DNA of 64,000 nucleotides, taken from Octopus sinensis (lineage: Eukaryota). The notes below the pieces were generated by a model that saw only the letters and a program-made list of their open reading frames with translations, made no database searches and was not told the origin of the DNA. Position 1 is the stretch's first letter; every line of letters starts with the position of its first letter. Shown here in pieces: positions 12,611 to 24,910 of the stretch. A program made the position numbers and the translations under genes. Where the stretch lies: positions 72,416,001-72,480,000 of the forward strand of contig NC_043000.1 in assembly GCF_006345805.1 (NCBI RefSeq), in the 5' to 3' direction.

Positions 12611-13266
12611 AAGGAGGGAGACGGGGTACTTGTTGGTACTGGCTTTCTACTTTCCAATGGTACGCCCTCAGAAGTCTATAAAAAAATCGTCATGAAATAC
12701 CTTGCTACACACTACTACATGAAATACCTTGCTACACTCTACTACATACCTTTGATAAGTCTTGTAAACTATCCTCTCCCATCCCGCTAGACTTATACCT
12801 TGCATACGCCAAGTTCAAAGGTATCTCTGGTTGCTTCAAATCAACAAGACCACGGACTGTTGTAATATCCCTCCGACTACTCTCAAACATGGCACTCCAG
12901 AGGTAGCTCTTATATTCTCTTGTTTTGTTCTTATTAAGCCTCGTTCTCCCTAAGTTCAGCTAGATCTATCCAAACTATATCGGGCACGGTTTGAAAACAC
13001 TGTTAATAGATTCTTAATTTTTCTCACAAATTTCATCAATTTATTTATCTTCCAGTTTTTTATGTTGAAGCTGTCGATTATCCTGGGTGGCTCCTGTATA
13101 TGCATATGTTGTCGTTTTATTGTATATAATAGCCAGTACATTTTTTCCATCATCCTTTTAATATCTGTTTCATCAAATATATATTTGTATGAGTGTTTTA
13201 GTTCAAGTCCTCTGATTTCAATATCTTGATTATAATAATAATAATTATTATTGTTGTTATTATTAT

Positions 13267-14712
13267 TCAGTAGTTTTATTTCTATAGCGTGCTTTCACTT
13301 CACTACCGAGCGCAGCTCTGTGTGCCTTGGGTATGTGCTGTGATTTGTTGTGATACTCTGATGGTTATTGTATGGAAAGTGTTCTGCGTAGGATGTGTGC
13401 AGTGCCTAGTAGTGCAATTTTCTGTATGTTATATGTGTTTGTAAGTCCTGGTGTTTTTGTTATGTATTTGTCTGAATATTTTTTTATCATGCCTAATGCA
13501 CCTACTATGATAGGAATTGTTTCTGTTTTCAGATTCCACATTCTTGTTACTTCTATTTCCAGGTCTTTGTATTTTGAGAGTTTCTCCATTTCTTTTAGAG
13601 ACACGTTGTCATCTGCCGGTATTGATACATCAATTAGAAAGCATTTTTTTTCTTCATGGTCTCTGACAACCATATCTGGTCTGTTGGCCTTAATTTCTCT
13701 ATCTGTGTGTATCGGCATATCCCAGAGTATGGTTGCCTTCTCGTTTTCTGTGACCTTTTCTGGTGTGTGCCTATACCATCTTTTTTCCGTTGTTATTCCA
13801 TAATGTTGACATAGCTTCCAATATATGTAGGTTCCAACTCTGTCATGTCTGTGAATATATTCCTTCTTAGCCAGGACTGGGCAGCTAGAGATAATATGAT
13901 TTATTGTTTCTTGTCCATCTCCACATATTCTGCAGTTACTTGTAATATTTCTTTTCATTACATGTTTTCGGTAATTTCTGGTGGGGAGGCTTTGGTCTTG
14001 TGCTGCAATTAAAAATCCCTCTGTTTCTGCTTTGAGTCCTGAGCTTCTCAACCATTGCTGGGATTTTTCTTTGTCTATTTCTTTTGCGTTTAGTTTAGTG
14101 CAGTATTTACCATGTAGAGGCTTTTCTTGCCATCGTTTTATCATGGCTCGTTGCTGTTCTATTTTTAGTTTGGATTTCATTTGTTTTATAGCTTTTGTTG
14201 TTTCTTTATCTTCTTCTTCTTCTTCATGTTTATTAGGTGGTATGATTTCTTGTTTGTATTTGTCAGCTTCCTTCAGAACAGTTTTTTGTTTTGCTCGTGT
14301 TTTGCCGCTATCTGGATCAGTTTTCCTTCCTTCTGAAGTAGATATTTTTGCAGTCCTATGGTGGTAATTTTATAGTAGTTTTCCAGCCGTATAAGGCCTC
14401 TACCACCTTCTATACGTTGTATATATAGTCTTTCTATGTCAGATTTTGGGTGATGCATCCTGGATCCTGTCATTATTTTTCTTGTTTTCCTATCTATTTT
14501 GGACAGTTCATTTTGTGTCCAGTTAAGGATATTGTAGCTGTAACTTATAACTGGGACAGCTAAAGTGTTGATACCTATTATCTTGTTTTTAGCATTGAGC
14601 TCTGTTTTTAGTATTGATCTAACTCGTCTATAATATTCTTTTTTTATTTTCTCTTTCATTTGTGTGTGTTGTGTCTTATCTAGTTCATGGATTCCTAAGT
14701 ATTTGTAAGTTT
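13267..14712 (-). mobile_element. Young 5'-truncated R4/Dong-like LINE, ending ~100 bp upstream of exon B1
   Basis: Near-identical to the 3' 1.45 kb of 24911-28868; CCHC finger CRICG..ETINHIISSC and RLE motif RPD..IDVSIP; (ATT)n on both sides. Confidence 0.92.
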
Positions 14713-14713
14713 G

Positions 14714-14754
<41 letters not shown>

Positions 14755-14755
14755 T

Positions 14756-14789
<34 letters not shown>

Positions 14790-14817
14790 CATCATTATTA
14801 TTATTATTATTATTCAG

Positions 14818-15253
14818 GTAAGAATAGGTGCGTTATCATTCAGTGATAAGGTAGAAATAGATTTTTACCTGAACGAATCTACTGACAAATCTAATATCCT
14901 GCAGAAAGTCAGTCGAATTCGACAACTCACAGGAAGCACTTATACATGGATGGCGTTAAGAGAATTGATAAATATGTTTAAACCTGGAAATGGTGCTCGA
15001 CCAAATGTTACTCATATCGCCATTATTCTGACAGATGGAAATTCTCAGAAACCACGTGATACTTTGGAAGCAGCAAACATGATTCATCGTCAAACTAGTA
15101 TTAAAGTTTTTGCGTTGGCCATTGGAGAGTATATAAGTGTAGAAGAGATTCGTGGCATTGCAAGTCATCCGAAGGATATATACTTCAAACATACAGCGTC
15201 TTTCAGTGAACTGGAGCACATAAAAGAAAGTTTCTTTGACAGAACCTGTTGGG
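14818..15253 (+). CDS. VWA-repeat protein, exon B1 (C-terminal three quarters of a VWA domain)
   Basis: tattcag|GTAAGA acceptor and TGG G|gtaagc donor; 436 nt, phase 0 to 1. Translation VRIGALSFS...GSTYT...IILTDGNS...VFALAIG...TCW carries the VWA MIDAS T and D residues. Confidence 0.92.
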
Positions 15254-15634
15254 GTAAGCAACTATTTTCACATGTCAATTCTAAAATTGTTTTCAAAATT
15301 ATAATGTAAAATACTCATAAATGGGAAACGGTTTACTGCTGTTGACTGCATTTATACGAAGAACACGGGGACAGAAAGTGTCACTGAAGAGGTCACAGAT
15401 GTGTGACAAAGGACCCCCCTCCAGACAATGGACATGAGTTAAAATAAAAACAGTAATAATCGAGGGGAGAACGAATATATAGTGCGTGTTTTTAATTGGC
15501 AAAAAAGATGACCATCCCGAAATACTGTCAAGAAGCAATAATGTTAAGAAATATTTACTTCATATATATATTATGATGTATACCTTTATGTAATATATAT
15601 AATATATAATATACCTTTATATAATACATGTATG

Positions 15635-15709
<75 letters not shown>

Positions 15710-16077
15710 AAAATAACTTTTATACCATGTGAATATCTAGAACACATTTAACCATATGGTATATTAATTTTACGAGGATCACCGAGTGTTTTGATGTAAC
15801 TGGTTGTCACAGAGTTCCACAATGTAATATAGATTGGAATATTTTGTAATAAGTACTGATGAAATTATTGAAATACAGACATTTAGTTAACAGAAACTAT
15901 CTTCATAACATTTGCATACGGTTTTTTTTTAAATACAGATCCTAATCTATGATAATCATTAGTAACGTTAATCAGTAAGTGCAATATTATTTTTATATAA
16001 GTGTTTTCTTGGGCAGTTATCGCTTTCTACTTTTTTAAATTGCTGAATTTTATTATGAAAATTTAATTCTTTTCTAG

Positions 16078-16125
16078 AAATAAGCTCGTCTCCCAGACTA
16101 GATGAGTTTATACAGCCAAGCACAG
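16078..16125 (+). CDS. VWA-repeat protein, linker exon L1 (EISSSPRLDEFIQPST)
   Basis: ttcttttctag acceptor, ACAG|gtaggt donor; 48 nt, phase 1-1, open and in frame with B1 and A2. Confidence 0.75.
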
Positions 16126-17784
16126 GTAGGTCTTATATATATATATATATATATATTAAAAGTTGACAAAAATAGGGTTTTTTTTATTACACAAGGGAAA
16201 ATTACACGCTAAGAATTATATTTTTTTACTTTGATTTACAGTATTCATATTTATTAAGTGCCCTCGGGACTACAGTCAACTTAACTTCTTTAATTACATA
16301 AATTTATTTACACGCAGAAACTATCGTTTGTAATATGATAATTTGTTGTTACTGAAAATGAAATTCACAAGAGTCAATATCGGTTAAGATTTAAAATATC
16401 TCTTTCCTTCAAATATTTTGTTGCCGAAAGTTTCATGCCTCCAAAAGCAAAATTTTGTGCAAGCGTTAAAACCCCCGATTAGATTAGTTAGGTGTTGCAT
16501 TTATCACGTACCTGCAACGTCCTTGAAATCCAGTTGTTCTCACTGACAATGATGTTAAATATACATTTCTTGGTATTGAATTATGTAATGATCAACGTTA
16601 TTAATGTGCAACACAGTAAATCACTTTTCAATGGTTTTCTCTATTATTTAGACTCGCTACGAAACAGTGGCAACACCTTATTTACATATATATCAATATA
16701 TGTGCACACACAGGCACACACGCAAATACACACGTACACATATATAATGAGAAGAATCTTAGAAAAACAAAAAAATTATTAAAAGTGAAAAGCAGCTTCA
16801 TTCATTGAAGAAACTTTTTTAACATTTCTCAACTATCTACCAGCATTATACAACGTGACAGTTAAAACAAGCGGAAGAACATATTGTGGAATTTGTATCA
16901 ATATATCGGAAGGCTCCGAGTTCTGCTTCAAAAATGGGCATATTTTTAAAGTAAAAGATAAAGCTTTCATGAATTTCGGAAAACCTACTTTATGTCATGA
17001 CATGCTGTAGATGTGACAAGAATATTATTGGCCGAACAGTCATGTAATTTAGAAAATGCATGACAGTTCACCAACAATAAATACCTGATCCGAACATTAG
17101 AAAAATGTGACTCAGTGAGCATCTAGATATATGTGAAGAACTCAGCAACCAAATTTTAAAATGTTGTGTAAGTGTGCAGTAAAAGTAGATAACCAAAAAA
17201 CTAACGTTTATATAGGAAGCACTGTTGATTTAAGAAGAGATGCAGAGCCCATTTGAGTTCCTTTATTAAAGTTAAGTATAAAAGCTCAACAACTCTTGCA
17301 TCATATATGCACCACGTAAGAGATAGCCACACTGATTATACTTTATCCTTGCCCATAATTGCGGAGCTCCCCCCACCCTTATAGTGCTACTTCGAATAGA
17401 TGCAGGTTATGTATAAGCGAATTGTACAGTATCCTTAGATCATATAGTTTAAATACATTAAATAAATTCTCTGATGAAATTCCCTCATGTAGTCATAAAT
17501 TCCATTCCATTGGTTTGCAAGATTTTTTTTATTAATTGTTCTACCAGGACATGAATTCCGAAAACGGCCGTAGAAAGTTGACTTCTTCGAACTGTATTAT
17601 ATACCATATATACCATTTATATATTTTTAAAGAACACATCGAACTCTATGGATCTTTTTATTAAAACTCTTAACCACTCTTAATTTTAGTACAAAAAAAT
17701 TAATCAGTTTTATTTTTCTCACACTTCCTTCCTTACGCATCCCACGAGTTTTATTTACATGTATTTTTATGTATGTATGTATGC

Positions 17785-17843
<59 letters not shown>

Positions 17844-17936
17844 GTACGCACACACACACACATATATGTATATATATATATGTATACATATATATACATA
17901 TATATATATACATATACATATACATATACATATATA

Positions 17937-17998
<62 letters not shown>

Positions 17999-18183
17999 TA
18001 TATATATACATATAAATATTTATTAGAATATTCATGTTTCGATATGTATTAATATACGTATGTGCATTTTAAGTCGAAATTATGACTGTATGAGTATGAT
18101 TGCCTAATTTGCGTTTATATCTTAATACTTATATATATATGTATGTATGTATGGATTTCTGTATGTATGTGTATATATATATA

Positions 18184-18221
<38 letters not shown>

Positions 18222-18224
<3 letters not shown>

Positions 18225-18525
18225 ATAAAGCCAGACAGATGACTAACAACATGGCCGCTGGTGGTGGTGTTACACACCATACTAATCCTTTCTCTCTGGC
18301 ATGTGGAAGAGAGTGTAATTCGGCAGGAGGACTTAAACGACATGCAAAGGTACATGAAGCCCAGTTCCAACTACAGCCGGGTATTACCGGTAAAGGTTTT
18401 AGCTGCCAATTCTGTACCAGACATTGTAGATCTTTAGCTGGGCTAAAAAGTCACATTCTATCACAGCACTGATAACAGTTGAGCTTCGTGCAATGGCCAT
18501 ACTCGATAACGAGTGGCAGCCATCA
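18222..18525 (+). mobile_element. 3' fragment of an RTE-like LINE with two C-terminal C2H2 fingers
   Basis: CGRECNSAGGLKRHAKVH and CQFCTRHCRSLAGLKSHILSQH, then a short 3' tail into (TA)n; no splice context. Confidence 0.5.
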
Positions 18526-20261
18526 TATATATTTATATATGTATATTGTGATAATACTAAAACTCTCGGGATGTTTGTATGTAACTGAAATATATTAGAA
18601 ATAGTATATTTTATCTTAATTTTTTTATATATTTATTTTCATACTTACTTTCGGCAGTGCAGTACAAGTTTTTGTGACATTTGGACCTTTATTTAAACGA
18701 TTAAACACAATTTTTGTTATTTCTTGACGAAAAATATCTGGCGTCCGTGACGTTAATACATATACACACATACAGACACATGCAAACACATATTCCAATA
18801 ATCGATGACTGATGAAATGACCATGAATATTGTGTAATAAGGTCCAACAAAACTCTACGTTGATGAACTTGCACAAACTTTGAGAGAACCTTGGTGCGAA
18901 ATCATATCTTTAATAGAAAACGCTAGCAAATAACTTGGTCGAAGACAGTGCTTTTAAATATATATAGGCTCAACAGAAAAATAGTAGAGGGAGAGTTAAA
19001 GCGAGAAACAATTATAGAAAGATGAGATGGAGAGAGAAGGGTAGGATCGATGATGTGGAGTTTGTAAATTAAGAGATTCCAATTAACGGTAGCCAGAAAA
19101 AAGATAATATTGACTTAGGAACTAAAACTTAAAGAAACAGGTTAGGTGAAGCTAGGCCGAATGGAAACCGATACCTTGCAAAGATGAAATTAGGTGAGAT
19201 AATCAAATACTGGATAGACAATTTTAGAGATGCAAGTAGACGCTTAGTTTACAATAAATCATAGCGGGTCGCATGAGGTAGGAAAAAGAGGAAATAAAGA
19301 TAGATGACATAAAAATAAAACGCTAACACTACAGAAAAGCCTTGAAAAATCTTTATGTCACGTTGAAAACAAAGATTAGCAAAACAAAGGAGAGGCAGGA
19401 GATGTAACAGCGCGCTGGTAGAAGAGGATTGAGAAGGGAAACACTGTGGTTGGGAAGTGGGGTGCTATAGGTGAGACAACCGAAAGTGTAGCGAAATATA
19501 GCGTTTAGAGGAATACGATCGTTAAAGGGAAAGTATTATAGTGATGGGTAGGAGTGGTAAGGAAGGCTTAATCAATTCAATTAGAACATTTCTGGTAATA
19601 TGAGAAAGTTTTGCAATATTTGTGGTGTATCGGGAGACTAACAGTAGTTTATGTCATGGACATCGGCCTTCTGTATAGGAATTTATTACCAATTATGAAC
19701 CAGGGAATTTTTTTGTATTAGCTTCGATGTGGTGGATGAGGGTAGTCAATGAAGTAGATCACTGGTGGGTGTGGTGGATGTGAGGAGTCAGTGAGGTAGA
19801 TCATCTGCAAGTAATATTTGAAAATGAGCTCAGATGTGCTAGTAAACGATGCTTAAAATATCGTTGCACCCATGTACAATCTGGCGTCGCGGAACCGTGT
19901 AGTGGTAACAATATATTTACAGACAACGTTATAGCATAAGTAACTGTACCTCGTGTGCGTGTGATTGTTTAAGTGCATGTGATCTTCCATCACTTAAAAT
20001 CAATACGTAGTATTTTGTTTTCAATCATTTTTTAATGGAATATATTTGAAGCGAAATTTACAACAAAAATTTGCAATTTCATTTTGATTACATTCCCTGC
20101 TACTCTAACCATTATAAAACTTTTTGTTGCAACTCACAGTAATTATAATACGTTCGGTTTTCTCGCCCACATCTAATTCTCTCACTGCCACTCACTCCGC
20201 AAACTTTCCTACAGTTTCTCTCTACCAGCTTGTTGCATTATATGTGATAATATATTTTCAG

Positions 20262-20410
20262 AAGCTCCATCTACCCACTGCAAGGAGCCTGCTGACATTG
20301 TATTCATTCTCGATTCTTCTACCAGCATCGCAAGACAAGATTTTAAAAAGCAGCTAAATTTCGTCAAATATTTTGTCGAGAATTTAAACATCGGCTTATC
20401 TTCAAAAGAG
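20262..20410 (+). CDS. VWA-repeat protein, exon A2 (N-terminal VWA part with DxSxS)
   Basis: tattttcag acceptor, GAG|gtaaac donor; 149 nt, phase 1 to 0. Translation EAPSTHCKEPADIVFILDSSTSIARQDFKKQLNFVKYFVENLNIGLSSKE. Not listed in the ORF track. Confidence 0.9.
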
Positions 20411-21720
20411 GTAAACACTATATTTTTACTCCACCATTTTCATGAAGCTAAATGTCAATCCTGTTTCTTGTAAATTATCAAGGAAAGAGTGGTTACACAT
20501 TAACATCTATGTTTAGTGTGACAAAAATTTAGATAATATAAATAAATCGATTAATGTCATTAATTACGGCATTATCTATTTAAAGGCGGTGAGCTAGCAC
20601 ATTGGACAAAATGCTTTGCGGGATTTCTTGTGGTTTCATGCTCAGAGTTCAAATTCCGCCGAGGTCGACTTTGTCTTTTACCCTTTCAGGGTCAATAAAA
20701 TGAGTACCAGTTAAATATTGGAGTCGACGAAATCTACTAATCCTCTCCCCACAAAATTTCGGGCCTTGTGCCTATAGTAGAAAGAATTATTGGAAATATT
20801 GTGTATTTTGTCTCAACAAACGTCATATAGACGTATATTTAATAATCCGGCGCTTCTGATTCCCGCGCGGGCAACATGTTGTGTTCTTGAGCAAAACCAT
20901 TTCACATTGCTTCAATCCACTCAGCTGGCATTCCGGTCAGGGAAAATGTTGTGATCTCTACCACTTGTATGTCATAGCAACCGAGTAACCGGTCCTATGA
21001 GTTCGAATAGTATTTACATGTTTTTGTTTTTTTGTTTTTTGTTTTTTCCAGTTTCAGCTCTTGAGCTGTGGCCATGCTGGGGCATGATCTTTTGAATAAT
21101 AATTCAAAAGATCATACATGTAAATACTATTCGAATGACCATACAAGACTACAGCCTTTAATTATTGATCGTAGGTGCGATTTGATATCTTGTCTTTTAC
21201 TTTTAGAGTTGAAATATATTTTTTCCTGAACAAATCGTCGGAAAAATACACTCTCCTACTGAAAGTAGATGAGATAAAGCAAGTGAACGGAAGTGCCTAC
21301 ATATTATTGGCCAAGACAAATTGATGGCAAAGTATTTAGACGTGACGACAGAATTCGACATGTCAAAATTATCATGACATGTAAATTAACAGGAACAATA
21401 TGCTACCTTATCAGCAGCGATGCACCTCAAGCTTTATTTCTATGCACTATATTTTATCAGGTTTATCAAGTCCTAAATATTTGTATGAGTGCTTTAGTTC
21501 TAATTGTATTATTTCATTGACATTCTAACTATTATTATTATTAGGGAGTGACCTTGGTAGTATCGTTAGCATACTGGGCAAAATGCTTAGCGGCATTTCG
21601 TCTGTCTATACGTTCCGCATTCAAATATCATCGTGGTCTAATTTGCCTTTCATCCTTTCGGAGTCGATAAAGTATGTACTAATTGAATACTGGGATCAAT
21701 GTAATCTAGCTGACTTTGAG

Positions 21721-21766
<46 letters not shown>

Positions 21767-21846
21767 TGATGATGATGATGATGATGATAATAATAATAAT
21801 AATAATAATAATAGTAATAATAATAATAATAGTAATAGTAATAGTA

Positions 21847-21909
<63 letters not shown>

Positions 21910-21910
21910 C

Positions 21911-21986
<76 letters not shown>

Positions 21987-22024
21987 TAATAATAATAATA
22001 ATAATATAATAATAATAAGAAGAA

Positions 22025-22060
<36 letters not shown>

Positions 22061-22061
<1 letters not shown>

Positions 22062-23294
22062 TACCCGTCCCAGTTATAAGTTACAGCTACAATATTTTTA
22101 ACTGGACACGAAATGAACAGACCAAAATAGATAGGAAAACAAGAAAAATAATGACAGGATCTAGGATGCGTCACCCAAAATCTGACATAGAAAGACTATA
22201 TATACAACGTATAGAAGGTGGTAGAGGCCTTATATAGCTGGAAAACTATTATAAAATAACCACCATAAGACTGCAAAAATATCTACTTCAGTAGGAAGGA
22301 AAACTGATGCAAATAGCGGCAAAACACGAGCAAAACAAAAACCTGTTCTCAGTATTTAAGGAAGCTGACAAATACAAACAAGAAATCATACCACCTAACA
22401 AATATGAAGAAGAAGAAGAAGAAGAAGAAGAAGAAGAAGAAGAAGAAGAAGAAGAAGAAGAAGAAGAAGAAGAAGAAGAAGAAGAAGAAGAAGAAGCTAT
22501 GAAACAAATGAAATCCAAACTAAAAATAGAACAGCAACGAACCATGATAAAACGATGGCAAGAAAAGCCCCTTCATGGCAAATACTGGGCTAAACTAAAT
22601 GCAAAAGAAATAGACAAAGAAAATTCCCAGCAATGGTTGAAAAGCTCAGGACTCAAAGCAGAGACAGAAGGATTTTTAATTGCAGCACAAGACCAAAGCC
22701 TCCCCACCAGAAATTACCAAAAACATGTAATGAAAAGAAATATAACAAGTGGAGATGAACAAGAAATATAACATGTGGAGATGGACAAGAAACAATAAAT
22801 CATATTATCTCTGGCTGCCCAGTCCTGGCTAAGAAGGAATATATTCACAGACACGACAGAGTTGGGACCTATATACACTGGAAGCTATGCCAACATTATG
22901 AAATAACAACAGAAAACAGATGGTATAGGCACACACCAGAAAAAGTCACGTATCAATACCAGCAGATGACAACGTGTCTCTAAAAGAAATGGAGAAACTT
23001 TCAAAATACAAAGACCTGGAAATAGAGGTAACCAGAATGTGGGATCTAAAAAACAGAAACAATTCCTATCACAATAGGGTCATTAGGCATGATAAAAAAA
23101 TATTCTGACAAATAAATAACAAAAACACCAGGACTTACAAACACATATAACATACAGAAAATTGCACTACTAGGCACTGCACACATCCTACGCAGAACAC
23201 TTTCCATACAGTAACCATCAGAGCACATACCCAAGGCACACAGAGTTGCGCTAAGTAGTGAAGTGAAAGCACGCTGTAAAAAATATACTACTGA
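22061..23294 (+). mobile_element. 5'-truncated, internally deleted copy of the R4/Dong-like LINE
   Basis: Matches 27575-28868 with deletions and an expanded (GAA)n tract at ~22406-22495; (TAA)n on both sides. Confidence 0.9.
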
Positions 23295-23307
23295 ATAATA
23301 ATAATAA

Positions 23308-23401
<94 letters not shown>

Positions 23402-23746
23402 ATGCGCCCTTTTAAAGCCTAGCCAGGTTCATGGGCCCGGTTTCCCGGTTTCAATGGCGTATGTGTTCCCCAGCTGGAAGAGACGCCAGTCCATCGCAAC
23501 GTTACTCATTTTTGCCAGCTGAGTGGACTGGAGCAACGTGAAATGAAGTGTTTTGCTCAAGAACACAACGCGTCACCCGGTCCAGGAATCGAAACCACAA
23601 TCTTACGATCATGATGCTGACACCCTAACCACTAAGCCACGCACCTCCACATGTACCGGCTGTACCCTTATCAGACGAGTAGTCATATTGGGTTTACCGT
23701 AGTCACTTTGATGGTATGCACTGCACACTCACTCACTCACTCACTC

Positions 23747-23795
<49 letters not shown>

Positions 23796-23798
<3 letters not shown>

Positions 23799-24189
23799 TA
23801 GAAATCAGCAAAATGTGGAACCTGAAGACTAAAACAATACCTGTTGTCATAGGTGCCCTGGGAATGATAGCAAAAGGGGCTGATAGCTACCTAACTCAGA
23901 TACCAGGAAACCCAAAAATGGCAGAAATTCAAAAGATAGTGTTCATGGGAACTGCTCATATCCTACGCAAAATACTTTCTATGTAATCTCAAGGTTTAAA
24001 ACAAACATAATTTTCAGTTTAAAAAAAAAAAAAACTTTTTTTTAGACATTCATTAGTACAACACCCCCACCCCCCAAATATATGGCACACTAGGCATAAC
24101 AACAACATGAACTTCCAACCCTGTTGTCTCTTGAGGTCTCTGGGTGAGACTTGGAGCCAACTTGTACAAATATAAAGCAAAAGTCAAAC

Positions 24190-24192
<3 letters not shown>
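23796..24192 (+). mobile_element. 3' end of a second R4/Dong-like LINE family
   Basis: IEISKMWNLKTKTIPVVIGALG...GTAHILRKILSM* plus a distinct 3' UTR; (TAA)n on both sides. Copies at 30203-30600 and 31325-31497. Confidence 0.85.
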
Positions 24193-24282
<90 letters not shown>

Positions 24283-24284
<2 letters not shown>

Positions 24285-24818
24285 CAGTACCATGGCTTCT
24301 GATCTTAACTGACTGGAAGTGTTATCATGTACATTGTTTTGTCTTGGTATAAAAGATGGGCTACACCAAATATTCTGCTCAATACCACAGATTTGCTTGT
24401 CAGTTGTTTGACCGTAACCAGTTGAGCATGTCCCTTAGTGGCTGACGATATGTGCATCTCTGATCACGAGTAGAAGTAGTGGGGGAGCATCATAGCCATG
24501 TGTTGAGAGGAATTATCTGGAGTTTGAATGATTCACCTCTGGAAACATGGGTGTTTCATTCAACATCCTTAAACAACCCTTAATCAGGGACCTTTTGAGT
24601 GGGATGGGTTACCCAACCAGAAGAAAATACTAACTGGGCCCCACCCGCAAGGTCATGCGCTGTTTATCTTGTTATGAGATCACCATGTCACGCTCATATG
24701 GTTGTGATGAATGTGCCTGGTGTACCCTTATCAGACGGGTAGTCATGATGGATATACTGGGCTTCGTATATTTGTACCCCAGCGTCACTTTGATGGCATG
24801 CACTGCTCTTTCACTCAA
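24283..24818 (+). mobile_element. Element X, longest copy (~535 bp)
   Basis: tgcagtaccatggcttctgatc ... gcactgctctttcactcaa + (TAA)n. Other + copies at 23651-23748, 29747-30126, 30713-31248 and 31575-31860. Confidence 0.88.
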
Positions 24819-24837
24819 TGATAATAATAATAATAAT

Positions 24838-24910
<73 letters not shown>

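Noticed and set aside
1-14817. Exon A1 for the first VWA domain, and exon A4 after 57203
   Set aside because: No ADIVF/DSSTS-like exon was found in either flank; they presumably lie outside the window.
18143-18472. Two-finger C2H2 ORF as a host zinc-finger gene
   Set aside because: No TGEKP linker or splice sites; it abuts (TA)n and looks like the C-terminus of an RTE-type LINE.
19000-20000. Purine-rich degraded segment, possibly a retro-element
   Set aside because: No recognisable motif could be recovered in any frame.
24444-24560. CTGACGA...GAAA pair within element X as a hammerhead
   Set aside because: No convincing stem II and only a weak stem I.
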